A DNA stretch of 64,000 nt from Bacteroidota bacterium (lineage in GTDB: Bacteria > Bacteroidota > Bacteroidia > Chitinophagales > Saprospiraceae), in NCBI GenBank assembly GCA_031400515.1, contig JANNQA010000042.1:4814-68813 (forward strand), given 5' to 3'. Made by a program: the position numbers and the translations under genes. Shown here piece by piece: positions 54,112 to 64,000 of the stretch (position 1 is the first letter of the stretch; the number at the start of each line of letters is the position of its first letter). The notes under the pieces are model-generated. The model was not told the DNA's origin. It did not search any database and saw only the letters and a list, made by a program, of their open reading frames with translations.

Positions 54112-55125
54112 TCAGGCAAAGTTGAAATGTCTATTTGGATCTGATGCGAGCCTGATATTGAGATACAAATCTTTCCATGTGCATCCACGAGCAGAAATTC
54201 TCGTATGGAGTAGCTCGATGGATTGAACGAAGATGTCGATCATCCCTTTGGAAGGATTCGGCCAAATGGATACGTTGTCGATATCATAGCATTGCTGAAG
54301 GATAGCAACATCAGACAATTCATTCGCGCCCTCACTGTATTGTGTGTGCAGTCTGTAATAATGTGTACCAGATGCAATATTCTGATGCATGAAATCTCCT
54401 CTGTCAAAATCCGGACCTGTTGGTTGGCATTCGGACATGACAGACCAATCCTGTGCATTCATAGAATGTTGAAGGGCAATGATCCGGATAGATTCATCAT
54501 GTACAGCTTTCCAACTAATACTGGCTCCATTTTCAATTTGACTTGCTTGAAATGAGAGCAGTTCGAGTGGCATCAATCCACAACCGTTCAGGCTATTTGT
54601 ACCACATGGCATGCTTGGAATATCCTGAGGAACCCAATCACTCGAGCTATTGCCACTTCCATCATATTCCAGGGAAACACAGTCATCCCATGCCGGAACG
54701 AAATCATTGTTTGTCCAAATCCCTTCGCATTCAGCGACGCTTGATCTCGTGTGTCTATGAGAGCCCCATTCAACATAGTCAATCATATTGTTCGTGCTTG
54801 CATTGACACAGAATGGAAAATTCGAAGTTGTATACAAAGCAAGCTCATCATCTGCTGCATCCAAAGAATAGTTGAGATCCACCGTGACAAGCGCTCCTGC
54901 TTCAAGGAGTAGAGCTCCGCCGCAAATGACAGGAATAGTTGATAGTTGATTGTAGTCTGGAAAGCGACAGAGCCAGTACGTACCGATATTTACCGGGGAA
55001 GTGCCGGTGTTTCTGATTTCGACATGAGAATTTGAAGCCTGGATCTCGTTGATGACAATCTGGCTTTGTACTGAAGTTGAACAAGCAAGAAAAAGGGTGA
55101 AAAAGAATCCATAAAAATGTTTCAT
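54112..55125 (-). CDS. Secreted lamin-tail-domain (LTD) protein with a T9SS-type C-terminal domain
   Basis: 337 aa with a signal peptide, an LTD pattern (IVINEIQASNSHVEIRNTGTSPVNIGTYWL…) and a CTD-like …VSIWPNPSKGMIDIFV…. Confidence 0.65.
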   Translation of the reverse strand: MKHFYGFFFTLFLACSTSVQSQIVINEIQASNSHVEIRNTGTSPVNIGTYWLCRFPDYNQLSTIPVICGGALLLEAGALVTVDLNYSLDAADDELALYTTSNFPFCVNASTNNMIDYVEWGSHRHTRSSVAECEGIWTNNDFVPAWDDCVSLEYDGSGNSSSDWVPQDIPSMPCGTNSLNGCGLMPLELLSFQASQIENGASISWKAVHDESIRIIALQHSMNAQDWSVMSECQPTGPDFDRGDFMHQNIASGTHYYRLHTQYSEGANELSDVAILQQCYDIDNVSIWPNPSKGMIDIFVQSIELLHTRISARGCTWKDLYLNIRLASDPNRHFNFA

Positions 55126-55309
55126 TTCTGCAATTGATTATTACTCCCGCAATATCACGGGATGATTAGGAAATAATAATTGCTGGAAATGAGAATGTCG
55201 GAAAAGAGGAAAAGAACGTGTCGAAAGTACTAAAAATAGTCTTCAATAAACATCCATACGTAACGGCGGACCTATGTGTCCGCCTGGAACCTTGGAAAAT
55301 GTACACAGT

Positions 55310-56572
55310 CTATACTCCGAGAAGTAAACGCAGAGGATCCTCTAAGGCTTCTTTTACTTTTACAAGGAATGTAACAGAAGAACTACCATCGATCACACGA
55401 TGGTCATAGGACAATGCCAGATACATCATCGGTCGTATTACTACCTGACCTCCGATAGCAACAGGCCGGTCTTTGATCGCATGCATGCCAAGAATCGCAG
55501 ATTGTGGTTCATTGATGATGGGTGTACTCAGGAGTGACCCGAAAATTCCTCCATTTGTAATGGTGAATGTTCCTCCCTGCATTTCTTCAAGTCCCAGAGT
55601 ACCGGCACGTGCTTTCTCTGCGAGTTCTTTGATCTTGAATTCTATTTCATGAAATCCGAGTGATTCAATATTTCGTACTGGTGGTACTACCAAACCATTA
55701 GGAGTTGAGATTGCAATGGAGATATCGACATAGTCATGGTAAACGAAGTCCTCGCCATCGACATAAGCGTTTACTTCAGGCATCTCCAGCAATACTTTTG
55801 CACAAGCCTTTGCAAAGAGAGACATGAATCCCAGCTTGATTCCATACTTCGCAACAAACTGATCCTGGTACTTTGTCCTGAGGTCCATGATGCCTGTCAT
55901 GTCCAGTTCATTGAACGTAGTAAGCATTGCAGTTTCATTCTTCGCAGACACCAGTCGCCGTGCAATCGTCCTCCGCATCCGACTCATTTTCTTCCTGTGT
56001 TCATTGCGACTAAACAGAGCTTGAGCGACCGCATCCACAGTCGTGTTTTCAGTGACAGGAGTTTTTGGCGTTGAAATCGGAGCAGTTGGCTTGTTTAAGA
56101 CAGCTTGCTTTGCATCTTCTTTCGTGACCCTCCCTCCTTTGCCGCTGCCTTCAACTGATGCAGGTGTTACGTCTGCTTCACGGAGAATTTTTGCCGCTGC
56201 AGGTGATGCGATGACTGAAGGAGTCGCTTTCTCAACTATCGTCTTCTGGACTACCGTTGTCTTTGTTGGTTCAGGTTTTGCTTCAGTTGTTTGAGTCTGT
56301 GGCTTAGCTGGTTGCCCATTATCAGGTGGAGTCGCAGAAGTGTCGATAGTCGCTACCAGAACACCGATTGCAAGATCATCTCCTTCTTTGGCTACATGGT
56401 GGAGCACGCCGGTACCTTCTGCCGGAAATTCCAACGTGGCCTTGTCTGATTCAAACTCGCAAATTGGTTCGTCAAGATTCACCCACGCGCCATCCTTCTT
56501 CAGCCATTGCGATAGCGTAACCTCAGTGATAGATTCACCTATCGTCGGCACCTTCATCTCTATCATGCTCAT
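55310..56572 (-). CDS. sucB: Dihydrolipoyllysine-residue succinyltransferase (E2 of 2-oxoglutarate dehydrogenase)
   Basis: There is a lipoyl domain (…[15 protein letters not shown]…), an Ala/Pro-rich linker, a PSBD, and a catalytic domain ending …[12 protein letters not shown]…. Confidence 0.9.
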   Translation of the reverse strand: MSMIEMKVPTIGESITEVTLSQWLKKDGAWVNLDEPICEFESDKATLEFPAEGTGVLHHVAKEGDDLAIGVLVATIDTSATPPDNGQPAKPQTQTTEAKPEPTKTTVVQKTIVEKATPSVIASPAAAKILREADVTPASVEGSGKGGRVTKEDAKQAVLNKPTAPISTPKTPVTENTTVDAVAQALFSRNEHRKKMSRMRRTIARRLVSAKNETAMLTTFNELDMTGIMDLRTKYQDQFVAKYGIKLGFMSLFAKACAKVLLEMPEVNAYVDGEDFVYHDYVDISIAISTPNGLVVPPVRNIESLGFHEIEFKIKELAEKARAGTLGLEEMQGGTFTITNGGIFGSLLSTPIINEPQSAILGMHAIKDRPVAIGGQVVIRPMMYLALSYDHRVIDGSSSVTFLVKVKEALEDPLRLLLGV

Positions 56573-56952
56573 GTATGGAGTATTTAGCCGGCAAATATCG
56601 TCTCTTGGCCGGACTTGAGTGTGAAAGAAGAGTCCTCAGTCCTCAGTCTTCAGTCTTCATGCGGACTGTGGATTGCGTTTCGACAAGCTCAACGACCTGT
56701 CTCTTAGCCTGTCGAAGAGCGGACTATCGACTAAGCCTTGCAAACTGAGAATTACCAACTGACAACTACTTGCAGCCAACTGTCAACTGAAGACTATTGA
56801 CCTGACTTGAACTTTTATATTCGTTACCAATTCAGCATTGTGAATATCAGCCTCTGGCGTAGAAGTGTTTTAGGATCTATTTAGCGACACTGAAAGCATC
56901 CTGATAGAATATTGTCTGTTTTTTACTTGTGTTTATTCATCTTCACAAAGCA

Positions 56953-59415
56953 ATGAATGATCGATACCGGACTGTAATATTCTCCTTCCTTTTTTGTCTA
57001 CTGTCTGCAGAGCTGTTTAGCAATGCTGCAGAGAAAAGACAGATCACGGCATTGCGCGTCACAGAGCCCATGAAGATAGATGCCACGCTAGACGAACCTT
57101 CATGGCAATTTGCTGAGATAAGTGGTGACTTTACAAAATTTCTTCCTAGTCCCGGGGATCCTCCATCTGAAGCGACAGAAGTGCAAGTCTGCTATGATGA
57201 TGAGGCTATCTATGTCGGTGCAGTGATGTATGACACTCCAGATCTCATCGCGAAGCAACTCATAGAACGCGACAATATGAGTGATCAGGCTCAGACAGAT
57301 TGGTTTGCATTTGCGATTGATCCTTACCAGGACGGTATCAATGGTTTTGCATTTCTCGTGACTCCGTCTGGGGTTCAGATCGATATCAAATTTGCCAGCG
57401 ATGAAGACGACGCGGGATGGGACGCAGTATGGGATAGTGAGTCAAGGATCACAGAGCAGGGATGGGTTGTGGAAATGAGGATTCCATACGCAGCGATCCG
57501 GTTTCCCAACACGGATGTTCAAACCTGGAATGTTCACTTTGCACGAAAAATATTCCGTTACCAGGAAGAGGATTTTTGGAGTCCGAGAGATCCGGCGATA
57601 GAGGGATTCTTCACACAAGCTGGTATACTCCATGGCATCCGTGATGTCAAGGCTCCTCCAAGACTCGCGTTCACTCCCTTCGTTGCCGTTTATGGCGAAA
57701 ATCTTTATGACAAGGAAAGTGCTCCGTCGAGCATCTGGGGTCGTTCGATCAACGGTGGTATGGACGTAAAATATGGACTCAGTGATGCGTTTACACTGGA
57801 CATGACATTGATCCCAGACTTCGGACAAGTGCGATCAGACAATGAAGTGTTGAATTTATCTCCCTTCGAAATTCAGTTTTCTGAGAACCGCCAGTTTTTT
57901 ACCGAGGGTACTGAGCTCTTCGATAAAGCCGGGATCTTCTATTCACGCAGGATAGGTGATCATCCCTTTATCACAGAGATTGAACTCGATGAGAACGAGC
58001 GCATCGTGGAGAATCCACAAACACCGCAGCTTTATAATGCGACCAAGATCTCTGGCCGAACGCGTGGTGGTACCGGTATCGGCATCTTTAATGCTATAGA
58101 AGGACGTGAGCATGCGATCATCCGTTCTAAAGAAGACTTTGAACGAAGTGTTGAAACAAATCCCCTTACCAACTACAATGTCTTTGTCTTAGATCAGAAT
58201 CTGAAAAACAATAGCTACCTCTCGTTAATCAATACAAACGTCCTGAGAGAAGGCAGCCACTATGATGCAAATGTAACCGGGACAGAATTTTATATCCGCA
58301 ACAAGAAGAACACATACGCGATTGACGGAGGCGGCGCAGTGAGTCAAAAGTATTTGCCTGGTAAAACAGATTTGGGATATCAATACAATCTTGAGGTACA
58401 GAAGACCAGTGGAGATGTGATCTGGGAGGTGGGCTATCAACAGCTTAGTGACACTTATGATCCAAATGACCTGGGATTCCTGAATAACAACAATGAGCGC
58501 ACGGCCTCGCTTGAAATTGCTTACAGGGAGTATGATGCATTTGGAAAATGGCTGCGGATGGGAGGCGGATTTTTTACCTCGACTACGTTTCTGTATCAGT
58601 TTCCGGGTGAGAAGAATCAGCAAGTTCGGAATGACTTGTTCAGCTCATGGGGCCTCAATCTCTGGTGGTGGGGTGTGACAAGGAAGCATCTCGCGATTGA
58701 TGCTTTTGCGTATATCGAACCATTGAAAAATGTTGACTATTATGAGCCACGGACACCCGGTCGTTTTTACATCTATCCTGACTTATATACTGCCGGTCTG
58801 AATCTGAGTACAGACAATACAAAGCGATTTGCATACAGCATTAATACGAGATATCTCATCTCACCGAAAGATCATCGACGTGTATATGATGTTTCATTCT
58901 CGCCACGTGTGCGAATTTCTGACAAATTGAATTTGAGTTATGGAATTAACTACTCCAAAATCTTTAACCAGCCCGGGTATGTGACAGAGAATGACCTTCA
59001 GGGAATCGTCTTTGGTCGACGTGATTTCACAGATATCGAAAACCTGCTTGAGGCAATATGGGTATTCAATCCAAAACACAATTTTAGCTTCCGGATGCGT
59101 CATAACTGGACACAGGTTAAATATGTGTCTTTCCATCTCCTCACTGAAGACGGTGCGCTTGCTCCAAGTGATTATGTGGGAAATGAAGATCTCAACTTCA
59201 ATGCATTCACCATTGATGCAGTTTATCGCTGGCGTTTTGCTCCCGGATCTGACATCTTCATCGTTTGGAAAAACAACATTCTGGGACTTGATCAAACCGC
59301 CGAGTTGAGTTTCATAGAAAATATCGATCAGCTCTTCGAGTTGCCTCAACGGAATAGCCTCTCAATCAAAGTCCTGTACTACCTGGACTACTTGAAGCTG
59401 CGTAAAGCGAGATAG
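56953..59415 (+). CDS. DUF5916 / carbohydrate-binding-family-9-like outer-membrane-associated protein
   Basis: I start the gene at the Met at 56953 (MNDRYRTVIFSFLFCLLSAELFS). The N-terminal CBM9-like pattern is (…IDATLDEPSWQFAEISGDFTKFLPSPG…), followed by a long beta-rich C-terminal region. Confidence 0.7.
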   Translation: MNDRYRTVIFSFLFCLLSAELFSNAAEKRQITALRVTEPMKIDATLDEPSWQFAEISGDFTKFLPSPGDPPSEATEVQVCYDDEAIYVGAVMYDTPDLIAKQLIERDNMSDQAQTDWFAFAIDPYQDGINGFAFLVTPSGVQIDIKFASDEDDAGWDAVWDSESRITEQGWVVEMRIPYAAIRFPNTDVQTWNVHFARKIFRYQEEDFWSPRDPAIEGFFTQAGILHGIRDVKAPPRLAFTPFVAVYGENLYDKESAPSSIWGRSINGGMDVKYGLSDAFTLDMTLIPDFGQVRSDNEVLNLSPFEIQFSENRQFFTEGTELFDKAGIFYSRRIGDHPFITEIELDENERIVENPQTPQLYNATKISGRTRGGTGIGIFNAIEGREHAIIRSKEDFERSVETNPLTNYNVFVLDQNLKNNSYLSLINTNVLREGSHYDANVTGTEFYIRNKKNTYAIDGGGAVSQKYLPGKTDLGYQYNLEVQKTSGDVIWEVGYQQLSDTYDPNDLGFLNNNNERTASLEIAYREYDAFGKWLRMGGGFFTSTTFLYQFPGEKNQQVRNDLFSSWGLNLWWWGVTRKHLAIDAFAYIEPLKNVDYYEPRTPGRFYIYPDLYTAGLNLSTDNTKRFAYSINTRYLISPKDHRRVYDVSFSPRVRISDKLNLSYGINYSKIFNQPGYVTENDLQGIVFGRRDFTDIENLLEAIWVFNPKHNFSFRMRHNWTQVKYVSFHLLTEDGALAPSDYVGNEDLNFNAFTIDAVYRWRFAPGSDIFIVWKNNILGLDQTAELSFIENIDQLFELPQRNSLSIKVLYYLDYLKLRKAR

Positions 59416-59439
59416 GGGTTTAGAACAAAATGCACAGAT

Positions 59440-59900
59440 GGCTGAGATCTTTTTGTCATTCCTCGACCAATTGCCCTTCGACGTTGCTCAAGACAAGCAG
59501 CTCGGAATGACAAGGACAGAGCAATTGTCATCCTGAGCGATCTCGACGATTTCTGTCGGGAGAGTCGAAGGATGACGGAATGCATAACCTTTGTTTATTT
59601 GAGGGAGTGAGGAGCGCAACGACAAACGAGTCGAGAAATCCTTTTGGTAATAAAAGGATCTCTCGACTTACCATTCGTGTCCTCGTTGCCCTCGGATCAC
59701 TCATGGTTCCCTGCCTGCCGGCGAGGCAGGGCTCAAGATGAGAGAATATTAAACGCTTGCATCCTTGCGCCACCGTTAAAGCTAAGGCGGCACGCGGTCG
59801 ACTCCTCCCTACGTTCGTCGCTCAGGATGACAATCAAAGTAGGCAGTATATGTCATTTCCGGTTGGATATCACGCAGCGGTATTGATCACTCGGAATGAC
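59440..59900. repeat. Cluster of REP-like hairpin elements (gtcattcctcga…ctcggaatgac, gtcatcctgagcga…gtcgaaggatgac, ccctgcctgccggcgaggcaggg)
   Basis: Inverted-repeat pairs are read directly from the sequence. They belong to the same family as 10344-10509 and 17690-17790. Confidence 0.8.
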
Positions 59901-59995
59901 AAATGCTCGACTTTGGTTCAATATGGTATACACACAGACATAGTCGGCAATATCGCGTTCCCATTTATATTCGTAGACATTTAAGTTCTACATCG

Positions 59996-61624
59996 TTGTC
60001 TTTCTCTGCACTAGAACGTACACAGCATCTTGCGTCCCTTACTGGCCGGCAGTGGGATCTTCTGATCATTGGTGGCGGCATCACAGGTGCCGGGATTTTA
60101 CTTGATGCAGTGTCCAGGGGACTTAAAGTAGCGCTGATCGAAAAGGGTGATTTCGCTTCTGGTACCAGCAGTCGTTCTACAAAACTGATTCATGGCGGTC
60201 TACGCTATCTGAAGAATTTTGAAATTGGTCTTGTCCGTGAAGTAGGAAGAGAGCGTGCGATTGTATACGCGAATGCACGTCATCTCGTAAGGCCGGAGCC
60301 AATGTTGCTCCCTATCTATCATGACGGCTCTATTGGTCGTATCACCGGATCTATAGGATTGTGGTTTTATGACTTGCTCGCAGATGTAGATAAGACAGAG
60401 CGACGAAAAATGCTCTCTCGTGAAGAAACAATAATGCACGAGCCATTGCTCAGACAGGAAGGCTTGCTGGGAAGTGGATTGTATTATGAGTATCGGACGG
60501 ATGATGCAAGGCTTACACTTTCAATCTTGAAAAAGGCTGTCAGCCTCGGCGCGTTGGCGTTGAATTATTGCGAAGCAACGGGATTCATTTATGATGAAGA
60601 TCAGGTCACGGGTGTGCGATGTAAAGATATCTTCACAATGCAGGAAATGCTTATCCATGCGAATGTCGTTGTGAATGCAACTGGACCCTGGATGGATGAT
60701 GTGATGAACTTACATCAACAGTCACCTTCGAATGAAAAGAAATTACTTCTCACAAAGGGCGTACATATTGTCATTCCGAAATCAAAAATCCCGATAAGTC
60801 AATCTATGTATTTTGATGTACCTGCCGATGGTCGGATGATATTCTGCATCCCACGCGATCAATCTGTCTACATCGGTACAACAGATACCGTGTATGAAGG
60901 TCAGTTGGATGATCTGGAAGTATGTGATGAAGAAGTAGCATATCTCATTCAGGCATGCAATCATGTCATGGAAAATGTCACTTTGGGTGAAGATGATGTG
61001 ACCGGGAGCTGGGCGGGATTACGGCCGTTGATCAATGAAGATGGTAAGTCGCCATCAGAGTTGTCACGCAAAGATGAAATATTTGTTTCACCGAATGGAC
61101 TTATCTCTATTGCCGGGGGTAAACTGACCGGATATCGAAAAATGGCAGAACGTATTGTCGATTTGGTACTTAAATCTCCACGCCTGAAGGATTTACAAAA
61201 GATAGAATGTCGCACAGAAGATATTCGCCTGGCCGGTGCGGAGTTTAATTCCGAGCAGGATTTACAACTCATGGTGACTTCGCTTTACGAAGAATATAGT
61301 TTGTTTGAAAAAGCACAGATCGCGAAATTGTTTTTCCGGTATGGTGACGAGACAGCAGGGCTACTGTCAACTGCTAAAAGTCTGACCGCTCTTTCGCCGG
61401 AGGATGCCTTAGTTGAGGCAGAGGTGGCATTTGCAATACATCATGAGATGGCTCAACATTTGCCAGATTTTCTATTCCGCCGCACATCTGACGTATTCTT
61501 TGATCCGGAATACCTGAAACACAGATTCATGAAAATCGCGAGTGTGTTTGCCAGGATGCTGAACTGGAATGAAATGCGATGTCTTGAAGAAACCAGAGAA
61601 GTTGAGCAGGCGCTGCACAAGTAG
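59996..61624 (+). CDS. glpD: FAD-dependent glycerol-3-phosphate dehydrogenase
   Basis: The motif DLLIIGGGITGAGILLDAVSRGLKVALIEKGDFASGTSSRSTKLIHGGLRYL is present. The tracked ORF starts at 59903, inside the repeat-rich spacer. The in-frame TTG at 59996 is a more plausible start, but this is uncertain. Confidence 0.85.
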   Translation: MSFSALERTQHLASLTGRQWDLLIIGGGITGAGILLDAVSRGLKVALIEKGDFASGTSSRSTKLIHGGLRYLKNFEIGLVREVGRERAIVYANARHLVRPEPMLLPIYHDGSIGRITGSIGLWFYDLLADVDKTERRKMLSREETIMHEPLLRQEGLLGSGLYYEYRTDDARLTLSILKKAVSLGALALNYCEATGFIYDEDQVTGVRCKDIFTMQEMLIHANVVVNATGPWMDDVMNLHQQSPSNEKKLLLTKGVHIVIPKSKIPISQSMYFDVPADGRMIFCIPRDQSVYIGTTDTVYEGQLDDLEVCDEEVAYLIQACNHVMENVTLGEDDVTGSWAGLRPLINEDGKSPSELSRKDEIFVSPNGLISIAGGKLTGYRKMAERIVDLVLKSPRLKDLQKIECRTEDIRLAGAEFNSEQDLQLMVTSLYEEYSLFEKAQIAKLFFRYGDETAGLLSTAKSLTALSPEDALVEAEVAFAIHHEMAQHLPDFLFRRTSDVFFDPEYLKHRFMKIASVFARMLNWNEMRCLEETREVEQALHK

Positions 61625-61828
61625 GATTTTCTGGTGGTGCATCACTTTAATAGACGTTGTATCAATTTCTTCGCGTCCTTTTTTCAACCGCCGAAGCCTC
61701 GGCGAAGTGCGGTGCGACTTTGCGTGAGATAGCCCTGCGTGAACTGATGCGTTACCGAATTTCTCCGTGACAGACTGACTTAATGCAATCTGAATATCTT
61801 CGCAGGCAAATTTTTTAAAAGTCATTAT

Positions 61829-62137
61829 ATGCAAACTTCAGAATTTGACTCCTACATTATTTATCATGAAGAGAAGCCAACCGGCAAGGAGAAAGTTGTG
61901 GTCACATGTTTCTTTGAGGATCACACGGTAGGCTATATTTCTTTTTATGATGGTGCTTTGCCGCTCCCCGAAATATTACCGCATGGCGTGATGAAACTTG
62001 CATTTCACTATAGTCGGGTGCAGGAGATTCTTGATACGATCCGTGTCGAAAAGCCCTTGTTTATCTCCGTGTTCGGTGATAAAAGTGTTGTGAGTACAGT
62101 ACGTGAACCTGTCGGCGAGCAGGAGGGAAGAAGATGA
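61829..62137 (+). CDS. Small hypothetical protein
   Basis: 102-aa ORF lying 45 nt upstream of kynureninase. I recognise no family. Confidence 0.4.
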   Translation: MQTSEFDSYIIYHEEKPTGKEKVVVTCFFEDHTVGYISFYDGALPLPEILPHGVMKLAFHYSRVQEILDTIRVEKPLFISVFGDKSVVSTVREPVGEQEGRR

Positions 62138-62181
62138 CCACATGCCTGTCCCACTTTTCTATCAATCAATCCAGTTGATAC

Positions 62182-63450
62182 ATGGCCGATGATATGTCCT
62201 GGCGCCATCAGTTCCATATCCCTCGGATCAATACCAACAAATCCGTAGGACAAAGCGAAGAAGCGATTTATCTCTGTGGCAACTCACTGGGTCTGATGCC
62301 TGTGAAAGCACGTGAGTATGTCGATACAGAACTCGATGACTGGGCAAGACTTGGCGTAGAAGGTCACCTGCATGCGCAACATCCATGGCTCCCATACCAT
62401 GAGTTCCTGACTGCACAGATGGCACACGTTGTAGGTGCAAAGCCCACGGAAGTGGTAGTGATGAATTCACTCACAGTCAATCTGCATTTATTACTTGTCT
62501 CATTCTATAGACCAAAGGGAACACAGAGAAAGGTCATCATTGAAAGCGACATATTTCCATCTGACCTCTATGCAATACAATCACAAATTCGATTTCATGG
62601 TGGTGATCCTGATATTGATTTGATCTTCTGGGCTCCTCGTGCAGATGAACAAACATTGCGCTATGAAGACCTTGAAGAAATCGTCTACACAAATAGAGAT
62701 TCACTGGCATTGATTTTTATTGGTGGTGTCAATTACTATACTGGTCAGTCTTTTGATCTCAAACACATCACGCGCATTGGGCATGCACAGAATATTCCCG
62801 TGGGTTTCGATCTCGCACATGGAGCCGGCAACATTAACTATCGTCTTCATGACTCAGGAGCGGATTTTGCAGCATGGTGCAGTTACAAGTATTTGAACTC
62901 GGGGCCAGGTGGTTTGTCTGGAATTTTTATTCACGAACGTCATGGACATGATTTTTCTTTGCCGCGATTTGCAGGTTGGTGGGGACATAATAAAGAGACA
63001 CGGTTTGGCATGCGCGATGCATATGATCCTTTACCTGGAGCTGAAGGTTGGCAACTCAGTAATCCTCCCATCCTGCCATTAGCTGCACTCAGGGCAAGTC
63101 TTGAGATTTTCGAGTCAGCGACGATGGATGTGCTTCGTGCCAGATCAATTCATCTCACATCCCTTCTTGAAAAGTTGATTCTCGGGTTAGATCACCCATC
63201 GCTACAGATTTTCACCCCTTCAGATCCAGAATCTCGCGGTTGTCAACTCTCTCTTTATATAAAAACCGACGGCAGGAAGCTCTTCAATCATCTGACAACA
63301 AAAGGGGTGATCGCTGATTGGCGTGAGCCCAATGTGATCCGGGTGGCTCCTGTCCCGCTTTATAATAATGACAACGATATCTTGCAATTTGCCGGGATAT
63401 TAAAAGACGGCTTGAGATTTGTATCGGCTATCCGTAAGGATTCTACCTGA
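62182..63450 (+). CDS. kynU: Kynureninase
   Basis: 422 aa with …IYLCGNSLGLMP…, the PLP-lysine region …AAWCSYKYLNSGPGG… and …IADWREPNVIRVAPVPLYN…. Confidence 0.9.
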   Translation: MADDMSWRHQFHIPRINTNKSVGQSEEAIYLCGNSLGLMPVKAREYVDTELDDWARLGVEGHLHAQHPWLPYHEFLTAQMAHVVGAKPTEVVVMNSLTVNLHLLLVSFYRPKGTQRKVIIESDIFPSDLYAIQSQIRFHGGDPDIDLIFWAPRADEQTLRYEDLEEIVYTNRDSLALIFIGGVNYYTGQSFDLKHITRIGHAQNIPVGFDLAHGAGNINYRLHDSGADFAAWCSYKYLNSGPGGLSGIFIHERHGHDFSLPRFAGWWGHNKETRFGMRDAYDPLPGAEGWQLSNPPILPLAALRASLEIFESATMDVLRARSIHLTSLLEKLILGLDHPSLQIFTPSDPESRGCQLSLYIKTDGRKLFNHLTTKGVIADWREPNVIRVAPVPLYNNDNDILQFAGILKDGLRFVSAIRKDST

Positions 63451-63567
63451 TCCGGATTCAAAAACCCGGTGACCTTTCCAGCAGACAGGGTCTTCCAGGC
63501 AATGAATCCAATGAACAATCTGTTCTTGTTGTACCAAATCATGACGCGATAAAAACATTCCATCGAA

Positions 63568-64000
63568 ATGAACGAAGAAAACCTGAATAAGGGAATGCGT
63601 GAGGCTGTACTGCATTACCATGAATTTCCAAAACCTGGAAAAATTGAAGTTGTACCGACCAAGCCATGTGCGACACAAGAGGACCTTTCTCTGGCATATA
63701 CACCTGGTGTGGCGATACCTTGCCTTGAGATTGCCAGAGACCCGGCGCTTGCAAGACGATATACTGCGAAAAGCAACCTTGTCGCGGTGATTACCAATGG
63801 CACTGCTGTATTGGGTCTAGGGAATATCGGAGCTCTGGCTGGTAAACCTGTGATGGAAGGCAAGGGCGTACTCTTCAAGAGATTTGCAGATGTCGATGTC
63901 TTCGATATTGAAGTCAATACAGAAGATCCGGATGAAGTGATTCGCACAGTGCGGAATATTGCCCCTACGTTCGGTGGGATAAATCTTGAAGACATCAAAG
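63568..64000 (+). CDS. maeB: NADP-dependent malic enzyme, 5' partial (runs off the window)
   Basis: Hand translation from the ATG at 63568 gives [49 protein letters not shown]…[42 protein letters not shown]…. There is no stop before the window end, so it is absent from the ORF track. Confidence 0.85.
   Translation, partial: MNEENLNKGMREAVLHYHEFPKPGKIEVVPTKPCATQEDLSLAYTPGVAIPCLEIARDPALARRYTAKSNLVAVITNGTAVLGLGNIGALAGKPVMEGKGVLFKRFADVDVFDIEVNTEDPDEVIRTVRNIAPTFGGINLEDIK

Overview
The window is a gene-dense bacterial chromosome segment, most likely from Bacteroidota. The evidence for that is several secreted proteins ending in T9SS-type C-terminal sorting domains, a near absence of Shine-Dalgarno sequences, and many 'gtcat(t/c)c(c/t)gagcg...' REP-like hairpin elements. 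About 55 protein-coding genes can be supported. The right half is mostly housekeeping: a tricorn-like protease, a MacB/FtsX permease, M17 leucyl aminopeptidase, sucB, glpD, kynureninase, and a partial malic enzyme at the 3' edge. The left half is small stress and accessory genes: an AraC regulator, cupin, GNAT, SRPBCC proteins, VOC proteins and a B12-binding radical SAM enzyme. I recognised no rRNA, tRNA, CRISPR array, transposase or integrase.

Four things stand out:
1. An AT-rich accessory segment at about 17.6-28.2 kb is bounded and interrupted by gene remnants. It carries a RelE-like toxin-antitoxin pair, a signal-less phospholipase-C-family phosphoesterase flanked by 108-nt direct repeats, and a single-TM protein. 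It also holds a tightly coupled DUF262 (DGQQR) + HEPN (RNAIAH) gene pair that looks like a split GmrSD-like defence module, and a three-gene operon of unrecognisable secreted proteins.
2. A cluster at 48.5-53.8 kb contains three ATP-grasp-type ligases and a catalytically intact class-I glutamine-amidotransferase-like protein. No pathway is obvious.
3. Several genes are decayed: two in-frame stops, a single-nucleotide frameshift, a T9 homopolymer frameshift and truncations.
4. Intergenic DNA is unusually rich in short word-like tandem repeats of 8, 9, 14, 41 and about 62 nt. These show a strand-consistent relationship to gene 3' ends, and one family also occurs in-frame inside the tricorn gene.

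All functional calls rest on motif and family recognition by eye. No searches were run.
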